64,000 bases of DNA, taken from Candidatus Eiseniibacteriota bacterium. Lineage in GTDB: Bacteria > Eisenbacteria > RBG-16-71-46 > CAZAMP01. Location of the stretch: assembly GCA_965224245.1 (NCBI GenBank), contig OZ245046.1, forward strand, positions 2,784,001 to 2,848,000, in the 5' to 3' direction. Made by a program: the position numbers and the translations under genes. Of this stretch, positions 19,851 to 26,492 are shown piece after piece. Under the pieces are notes generated by a model that was not told where the DNA came from, ran no database searches, and saw only the letters and a program-made list of their open reading frames with translations. Every line of letters starts with the position of its first letter. The stretch's first letter is position 1.

Positions 19851-20671
19851 GAGAGCAGCCCTCCTCCGTCCACGACGATCGCCTGGCCGATCACGCTGCC
19901 CGCGTTCTCGTGCGCGAGCATGGTCACCACGTGCGCGACCTCGGTGACCGTGACCAGCCGGCGGTGTCTCGCACTCGAGAGGATCGACTCCAGCGCCGCC
20001 TCGCGCGAGAGGTCGGTCTTCTCGACGATGCGGTCCAGTGTCTCGTCGGTCATCGCGGTGTCCACGTATCCGGGACACACGGCGTTCACGGTCACGCCCC
20101 TGGGCGCCAGCTCGGCCGCCACCGAGCGCGTGACGCCCATCACGGCGTGCTTGGACGCCGCATAGGTGGCGGTGTACGGCGCGCCGGTGAGTGCGGCGAC
20201 CGAGGCCACGTTGACGATGCGGCCGTAGCCCCTCGCCGCCATCGACGGCGCGAACGCGCGAATGCACAGGAACGCACCGGTGGCGTTGACGGCCATCACG
20301 CGGTTCCACTCGTCCAGCTCGATCCGGGCCAGCGGCGCCGAGGATCCGATGCCCGCGTTGTTCACCAGGACCTCGATGGGTCCGGCCGCGTCCTCGGCCG
20401 CCCGGGCGAGGGCCAGGACGCTGTCGGCGTCGGAGACGTCGGCCGGAACCGCTGTCGCCCGCCCCCCGCTGGCGCCGATGGCCGTCGCCACGGACTCGAT
20501 CTCGTGGGTCGTGCGCGCCGCGAGCACGACGTGGTGCCCGCGCGATGCCAGCGCCTCGGCCACCGCGCGGCCGATCCCGCGTCCGGCGCCCGTGACCACC
20601 GCGCCCGACGCCGCCGGCACCCGGTCCGCCGGGCGGCCGCTCGCCGAGGATCGGCGATCGTGGCCCGTCAC
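19847..20671 (-). CDS. SDR-family NAD(P)-dependent oxidoreductase
   Basis: VTGAGRGIG, LVNNAG, YAASK catalytic motif, VNAVCPGYVDT. Confidence 0.93.
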   Translation of the reverse strand: MTGHDRRSSASGRPADRVPAASGAVVTGAGRGIGRAVAEALASRGHHVVLAARTTHEIESVATAIGASGGRATAVPADVSDADSVLALARAAEDAAGPIEVLVNNAGIGSSAPLARIELDEWNRVMAVNATGAFLCIRAFAPSMAARGYGRIVNVASVAALTGAPYTATYAASKHAVMGVTRSVAAELAPRGVTVNAVCPGYVDTAMTDETLDRIVEKTDLSREAALESILSSARHRRLVTVTEVAHVVTMLAHENAGSVIGQAIVVDGGGLLS

Positions 20672-21438
20672 GTCCGATCTCTCCGCTCGCCGAAGAGCGT
20701 GATCGCCGCGTCGTACACGACGTCGCCGAGTGTCTCGACGGTCGCCCGTCCCTCCTCGGCGGTGGCCTCGGCAGGCGCACCGAAGTACGCGCGCGGCCCG
20801 CCCGCCTCGTGAAACGTGCGCTTTCCCTCGCGCACGGCGACCGACAGCGACGCGGGGTTGGGCGCCAGCTCCCGCTGTACGTCGTGCCGGACCAGATCCG
20901 ACCGCTCGCTCATGACGATCGACCCCTCGTAACGCCCGGCGTGGCAGGCGCCGCTCTTGAACTCGTCGGTGAGACGCAGCGCCCACGGCCGGCGCGTCAC
21001 GTTCGGAAACGCGACGTCGATCCCGTGCTCGTCGCGGCACGCGGCCACCGCCGCATCGATGGCCGACAGGTTGGCCGGATCGACGTGCGCGTTCGCCACG
21101 ACCAGTCGCGCGAGGCCGTGACGGGCGAGCCCACGGGCGACGTCCGTCACGAGCGAGACGAACGTGTCCGCCGCGACCGAGATCGTCCCCGCGAACGCTT
21201 CGGCGAACGGGGCGGGCGAGTACGCGAGCACCGGGAGGAGCACGACGTGGTAGCCCTCGTCCGCCAGTCGCTCGCCGCCCCGGCGGGCCATCGCCTCGGA
21301 GATGACGACGTCGGTACCCAGCGGGAGGTGCGGGCCGTGTGCCTCGATCGCGCCGATCGGCAGGATCGCCACCGCGCGGCTCCGATCGAGTCGCTCGACG
21401 TCTTCGTAGGTCATCTCGTCGAGTCGCTCGAGGGGCAT
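20668..21438 (-). CDS. Creatininase-family metal-dependent amidohydrolase
   Basis: PIGAIEAHGPHLPLGTD, NAH, HAGRYEGS, G.P..ATAEEG. First gene of the stop/start-coupled catabolic operon. Confidence 0.9.
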   Translation of the reverse strand: MPLERLDEMTYEDVERLDRSRAVAILPIGAIEAHGPHLPLGTDVVISEAMARRGGERLADEGYHVVLLPVLAYSPAPFAEAFAGTISVAADTFVSLVTDVARGLARHGLARLVVANAHVDPANLSAIDAAVAACRDEHGIDVAFPNVTRRPWALRLTDEFKSGACHAGRYEGSIVMSERSDLVRHDVQRELAPNPASLSVAVREGKRTFHEAGGPRAYFGAPAEATAEEGRATVETLGDVVYDAAITLFGERRDRT

Positions 21439-21498
21439 CGCCAGATCTCTCGGCTGCTGCGCGCCATCGGGCGCGCCAAGTCCCGTCCACGTCGGTAG

Positions 21499-21526
21499 TT
21501 GACCGCTTGCAAAACTCACGTATCAT
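21499..21526 (+). promoter_or_regulatory. Sigma70-type promoter for the CoA ligase
   Basis: TTGACC-N16-TATCAT in an AT-enriched patch, 8 nt before the ATG at 21535. Confidence 0.6.
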
Positions 21527-21534
21527 ACCGTCCC

Positions 21535-23073
21535 ATGACGTTCCGTCCACCGGAAGAATTCAATCTCGCCACGTACCTCCTGGGCGCGCGGCTCGACGCC
21601 GGAGACGGCGAGCGGGTCGCGATCGTCACCGACGAGGCCGCGCTCACGTATCGGGACGTGGATCACCTGTCGAACCGGTTCGCCAACCTGCTCCGCGAGA
21701 TGGGCATTCGACCCGAGGAGCGCGTGGTGGTGGCGCTCGAGGACGGGCCCGCGTTCGTGGGCGCGCTCTTCGGCATCCTGAAGGTCGGCGCCGTCGTCGT
21801 GATGCTGAATCCGGAGCTCAAGCCCGACGCCATCTCGTACTTCTACCGGTACACGCGCGCACGGTACGCGTTCTGCGAGGTGTCCCGGGCCGATCCCTGG
21901 CGCCGGGCGGCGCGCTCGGCCCCTCTCCTGGAGCAGGTATGCCTCGTCGGCACCGCCGACGTCGACGAGGCGCTCGCATCCGCCTCGGCCGCGTCGCCCG
22001 TCTTCGACACGCACCGCGACGATCCGGCCATCTGGCTCTTCTCCGGGGGCACCACCGGACGACCCAAGGCCGTGATCCAGACGCACCGGTCGTTCGCGAA
22101 CACGACCGAGCTCTACGGGAAGCGCACGATCGGGTACACCGCCGACGACGTGACGATCTCGGCCCCGAAGCTCTTCTTCGGCTACGCCACCGGGTCGAAC
22201 CTGTTCTTCCCGTTCTCGGTCGGAGCAAAGACGGTGCTGTTCCCCGAGCGGTGCACCGCCGAGCGGCTGTTCGATGCCATCGAGCGGCACCGGCCGACGA
22301 TCCTCGTGGCCGTCCCCACGATGATCCGCAATTTGATCTCACACGAGAGCGCCGCCAGCCGGGATCTCTCGTCGCTCCGCATCGCCACGTCGGCCGGCGA
22401 GGCACTTCCGCCCGAGCTCCACGCCCGGTGGAACGAGGCATTCGGCGTGGACCTTCTGGATGGTCTGGGCACGGCCGAGATGTGGCACATCTTCATCTCC
22501 AACCGTCCCGGCCACGTGACGCCCGGCACGCTGGGCCGCGCCGTCGACGGCTTCGAGGTCCAGGTGTGCGACGACGACGGTCGGCCGGTGGCCGACGGGG
22601 AGACCGGCTGGCTCCGCGTGAAGGGCGAGTCCCGCGGGCTCGGGTACTGGCACCAGCTGGAGAAGACGTGCGACGGCTTCCAGGGTCACTGGTACGTGAC
22701 CGGCGACATGGTCACCCGCAACGCCGACGGCACGTTCACGTACGCCGGACGCGGCGACGACATGCTGAAGGTCTCGGGCAAGTGGCTCGCCACGCGCGAG
22801 GTCGAGGAGTGTCTGGCCACGCACCCGTCGGTGAAGGAAGCGGCCGTGATCGGCGTCGTCGACGCCGATGGGCTCACGAAGCCCCATGCGTTCGTGGTGC
22901 CGCATGCGCATGACGACACTCTGTCCGACACGCTGAAGGAGTACGTGCGCTCGCGCCTCGAGTCGTACAAGTACCCGCGGGAGATCGTGTTTCTCGACGA
23001 TCTGCCGCGCACGCACCTGGGCAAGGTGGATCGCGGCAAGCTACGCGGCTCGTCCCCGCGGAGAGCGTCCTAG
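21535..23073 (+). CDS. Benzoate/2-aminobenzoate-CoA ligase family protein
   Basis: FSGGTTGRPK, KLFFGYATG, SAGEALP, DGLGTAE..HIFISN, YAGRGDDMLKVSG, GKVDR. Confidence 0.92.
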   Translation: MTFRPPEEFNLATYLLGARLDAGDGERVAIVTDEAALTYRDVDHLSNRFANLLREMGIRPEERVVVALEDGPAFVGALFGILKVGAVVVMLNPELKPDAISYFYRYTRARYAFCEVSRADPWRRAARSAPLLEQVCLVGTADVDEALASASAASPVFDTHRDDPAIWLFSGGTTGRPKAVIQTHRSFANTTELYGKRTIGYTADDVTISAPKLFFGYATGSNLFFPFSVGAKTVLFPERCTAERLFDAIERHRPTILVAVPTMIRNLISHESAASRDLSSLRIATSAGEALPPELHARWNEAFGVDLLDGLGTAEMWHIFISNRPGHVTPGTLGRAVDGFEVQVCDDDGRPVADGETGWLRVKGESRGLGYWHQLEKTCDGFQGHWYVTGDMVTRNADGTFTYAGRGDDMLKVSGKWLATREVEECLATHPSVKEAAVIGVVDADGLTKPHAFVVPHAHDDTLSDTLKEYVRSRLESYKYPREIVFLDDLPRTHLGKVDRGKLRGSSPRRAS

Positions 23074-23152
23074 CCCCGCCACGGGTGAGATCACGGCGGC
23101 ACGAGGCCGGGCGTCGCGGGACCCGGCGTCGGAGGGATGCGTGCGCACCGAC

Positions 23153-24286
23153 TCAGCGCATCGTGTCCGGCGAATCCACGAGCGTGTGACCGGACGTCTC
23201 GAACGCGTAGTACGCCGCGTTCTCCAGCCTCGGCACGCGATCGCGCGGCAACAGGATCGACCGCACCTCCCACAGCTCGGTGAAGATGTGCTCGTGTGCG
23301 CGCGCGTGCAGGTAAGAGGCTCCGGGGGAGCCCCCGGTGCCGGGCCGCTGGCCGATCACGCGCTCCACCATGCGGGCATGCCGTGTTCGCCACAGGAGCA
23401 GGCGCTCCTCCACCTCCACGATGGTGTCGATCAGCAGCCGGGGCCAGGCCAGGAGCGGCAGCGTCCGATACGACTCGATGAACAAGAGCGCCGCCCGCGT
23501 GCGGAGCGTACGTGCCCGGTCGGCCTCGGGAACGTCCTCGGCGAACAGGAACTGCCGCGCGTGCGCGATCATCGCCTCGAGCCGGGCGCGGGGGTCGCCA
23601 CCGGCGGTGGGCGCCGGATACCGTGACAGGGCCGCCTCCTGCACGTCGCGGTACGCCTCGAAATAGGCGGTCAGGAATCGGCGGACACGATCGATGTCGT
23701 CGGGATCGGTCGGGCGGGAGCCGTCGATCGGCGTGCGCCCCAGCCACTCGTGCAGCGCCTGGCGCAGCGACATCTCGCCGCGAACACGCTCGATGTCGGC
23801 CCAGATGGCCGCGCCGTCCGACGCCGACTCCGTCGCCCGTCTCAGCAGCGGCAGGATGTCCTCGCCGTACCGGGAGGACGGATCGTCCTCGATGCCGAGC
23901 AAGATCTCGAGCTGCCGGTACTGGAACGACTGAAAGCCGCTGGCCGGGACCAGCTTATCCCGGAAGTCGATGAAGTCCTGCGGGGTGAGCGTCTCCACGA
24001 CGTCGAACTGGGCGTTGGCGTGACCGAGAATCACGTTCACCCGCCGGAGATGGTGCACGACGTACGGGATCTTCTCCTCGGGCACGACCGGTCGCGACAG
24101 CTCGTCGCGGGCCAGCCGCAGCTCGTGGATCGTGAGCTTGAACCAGAGCTCGAAGACCTGATGCACGATGATGAAGTGGATCTCGTCGGAGGCGAGGCGC
24201 GATTCGTCGACCTCCAGCCCCCCCTGCAGGTTCAGGAGATCGGGAAGCCGGAGATAGCTCCAGTAGTTCGGGGCCTCGCGCGTCAC
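23153..24286 (-). CDS. kynA: Tryptophan 2,3-dioxygenase (long form)
   Basis: Y..YL.L..LL.LQ, DE..FII.HQ..ELWFK, SGFQS.QYR..E, WR.RH..MVERVIG...GTGGS.G..YL. GAAGGAGG RBS. Confidence 0.93.
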   Translation of the reverse strand: MTREAPNYWSYLRLPDLLNLQGGLEVDESRLASDEIHFIIVHQVFELWFKLTIHELRLARDELSRPVVPEEKIPYVVHHLRRVNVILGHANAQFDVVETLTPQDFIDFRDKLVPASGFQSFQYRQLEILLGIEDDPSSRYGEDILPLLRRATESASDGAAIWADIERVRGEMSLRQALHEWLGRTPIDGSRPTDPDDIDRVRRFLTAYFEAYRDVQEAALSRYPAPTAGGDPRARLEAMIAHARQFLFAEDVPEADRARTLRTRAALLFIESYRTLPLLAWPRLLIDTIVEVEERLLLWRTRHARMVERVIGQRPGTGGSPGASYLHARAHEHIFTELWEVRSILLPRDRVPRLENAAYYAFETSGHTLVDSPDTMR

Positions 24287-24341
24287 GATTGCCTCCTTCG
24301 TCGGCGCCGACGACTGATGATGTCAGCGTCGGCGCGTCGCC

Positions 24342-25499
24342 TCAACCGCTATTCCGCGGGGTACGCGCCGACACGCACGAGAAGGCGGACGACAGGAACG
24401 TCCAGATCAGATCGAGCTGATCGGCGACCGGCATCGCCACGAGCCCCGCTCGAGAGGCCTCCTCCCGCACCGACGCCATGGCGGCGATCGTCTCGGGCGA
24501 GCTCCGCCGATCGTCGGGCACGACGTCGAGACGCGCGCGCCACCGCGCGAGGCGCTCGGCCCAGCGTCTCCTGGGCTCGGCGTCCGGATCCAGGTCCGCG
24601 CCGAGTCCCGGCGTGATGAAGAGGGGCATCTCGGACACGAGGGTGAGCGTGTCGCGTCCGAGCCGGCGGGCCACGTCCATCGAGCTCGGCCGGAATCGCG
24701 CCGCGACCTCGGGCTCACCGAGCGCATCGAAGTGCGCCCGCATCGCGTCGGCGCTGGGGCGTGTCGCGAAGCCCCGACCCAGCCGGTGGAAGCCCTTCTC
24801 TCCCCGGCGGTCGACGTCGTGCGGCGTGTAGCCCAGTCGCTGACAGGCGCTCAGGCACGCCCGGCGTACGGGCTCGATGCGATCGCGCCAGGCATCCTCG
24901 ACGAGGAACCAGGGACCACCGGCGGTGCCCATGCCATGGAGCGACGCGTGCAGACGGGGACGCACGTCCTCGGCTCGCCACCACCGGAGGATCGCCGTCG
25001 TCTCGGGTCTCGCTCCGGAATCGCCGTCGTGGGCGGGGAACCCGAACTCGAGGTCGTCGCCCGGGCGCTCGCGGACGACGTGACGGAGGTAATGCGCCAC
25101 GTCGAAGCCGGCATCCACGCGCTCGGGTCGACGATCGTGAGGCGCGGGCACGGAGTCGGTCCATGTCCGGTTCCGCTCCGCGCCGTCGGGGTTTACGTGC
25201 GGGACGATCCACCAGGTGGCGGCGCCGAGGAGGCCGGTGGCGCGCGGGGCACCGGCCAGGAACACGACGAACGCGCGCAGGAACATCGGTCCCACGGGCT
25301 CGTCGGCGTGGCAGCCGGCAATGAGACTCACGTGCACGGGACCGCTGCCCAGCCGATGGGCCACGATCGCTCGTCCCTCGCGGGAGCGGCCGATCACCCG
25401 GCCCGCCGGCTCGCCGGCCCGGGCACCGTGGCCGGCAGGGGCCCGATCCCCCGGGGCACCGGCGCTCGCCGCCGCGGCCAGCACGTCCGCGATCGTCAC
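24342..25499 (-). CDS. M14-family zinc carboxypeptidase/deacylase-like protein
   Basis: IGRSREGR, AGCHADEPVG (HxxE), P.VNPDG, SLHGM, SEMPLF. No signal peptide seen. Confidence 0.8.
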   Translation of the reverse strand: MTIADVLAAAASAGAPGDRAPAGHGARAGEPAGRVIGRSREGRAIVAHRLGSGPVHVSLIAGCHADEPVGPMFLRAFVVFLAGAPRATGLLGAATWWIVPHVNPDGAERNRTWTDSVPAPHDRRPERVDAGFDVAHYLRHVVRERPGDDLEFGFPAHDGDSGARPETTAILRWWRAEDVRPRLHASLHGMGTAGGPWFLVEDAWRDRIEPVRRACLSACQRLGYTPHDVDRRGEKGFHRLGRGFATRPSADAMRAHFDALGEPEVAARFRPSSMDVARRLGRDTLTLVSEMPLFITPGLGADLDPDAEPRRRWAERLARWRARLDVVPDDRRSSPETIAAMASVREEASRAGLVAMPVADQLDLIWTFLSSAFSCVSARTPRNSG

Positions 25500-25543
25500 C
25501 CCCGCCGCGGGGGTGACGCGTCCTCGCCCGGGCTCAGCCCCCG

Positions 25544-26383
25544 TCAGCGCAGCACGCGCACCGTGCCCGACACGATGGGCGCCCCCCCGGAGTCCACGCG
25601 GTACAGGTACACGCCCGCCGGTACCGTCCGACCCGCGGCATCCCGGACATCCCAGCTCAGCGAGCGATCGGCGTCACCGAGGCGCCAGCGGCGAACCTCG
25701 CGACCGGCCACGTCGAACAGGGACAGGAGCCCGCCGCCCGCGTCCGGCGGCAACGTCACCCGGATGCGCGCCGATCCCACGACGGGGTGCGGCAGAAACG
25801 CGACGCGCGACGGCGCGTCGGCCGAGCCGGGCTCGCCGGCCGACAGGGGCGCGTCGGTCACGTCGATCACCGCGCCGCTCAGAACGACCTGTCGCGGAAA
25901 CGTCGCGTGTCCCGGAAAGATGAACAGCCCGTCGTCGAAGAACGTGCGATCGGGATCCGACGTGGGCGCGATCGCACTCGTCCCCAGCGCCTCGGCGCGG
26001 AATCGGAACGTCGACAGGACGCCCGGCCCATCGACCGAGACGCCGCTGCACAGGAGCACGTGCGAGTACGTCACCGTGGACGCGGTCGTCGCGACGTCGG
26101 TGAAGCGCGTCCCGCAGGCCGAGGTCATCAGGGCCCCCTCTTCGACCGAATCGAACGAGACGACCGCCGGATCGAACGTGATCTCGATCTCGTATCCGTT
26201 GAACTGAAGCGCAGTCTCGTCCACCTCGAAGGTGATCTCGACCAGGCTGTCCGCGGCCACGTCGTTGAACGCGGGAAGCAGGAAGGCATGGAACTCGGGC
26301 ACGCCGTCGGACGTCGCGTGCGACGCGTCCGCGGTCACGAAAAGGCCCCAGACGACGCTCGCGAGGATCCGTCGCTTGCTCAT
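25544..26383 (-). CDS. Secreted protein with a cohesin-like domain and FlgD/T9SS-like CTD
   Basis: Signal peptide. FNGYEIEITFDPAVVSFDSVEEGALM...GPGVLSTFRFRA...GTSAI is a cohesin-like pattern. CTD FDVAGR...WDVRDAAGRTVPAGVY. Confidence 0.75.
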   Translation of the reverse strand: MSKRRILASVVWGLFVTADASHATSDGVPEFHAFLLPAFNDVAADSLVEITFEVDETALQFNGYEIEITFDPAVVSFDSVEEGALMTSACGTRFTDVATTASTVTYSHVLLCSGVSVDGPGVLSTFRFRAEALGTSAIAPTSDPDRTFFDDGLFIFPGHATFPRQVVLSGAVIDVTDAPLSAGEPGSADAPSRVAFLPHPVVGSARIRVTLPPDAGGGLLSLFDVAGREVRRWRLGDADRSLSWDVRDAAGRTVPAGVYLYRVDSGGAPIVSGTVRVLR

Positions 26384-26492
26384 GTGAAGTTGCCCCATCG
26401 GTTGTGGCCGGGAGCGGAGCGGGCTCCGGCTCCCGGCCGACTGACTTGGATCGTGTGCCACGTCCTGGGCACGCGATCGCGCGCTCGGGGCG

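Noticed and set aside
20668-21438. Mycofactocin MftE or RiPP peptidase role for the creatininase-family gene
   Set aside because: No precursor peptide, radical SAM or RRE gene is in the window, and the context is CoA-dependent aromatic catabolism.
14002-21550. Apparent long N-terminal extensions or fusions in the ORF track (534, 938, 678, 447 and 567 aa)
   Set aside because: The true starts are the downstream GTGA/TAATG-coupled codons. The extensions are off-frame readings of the neighbouring genes.
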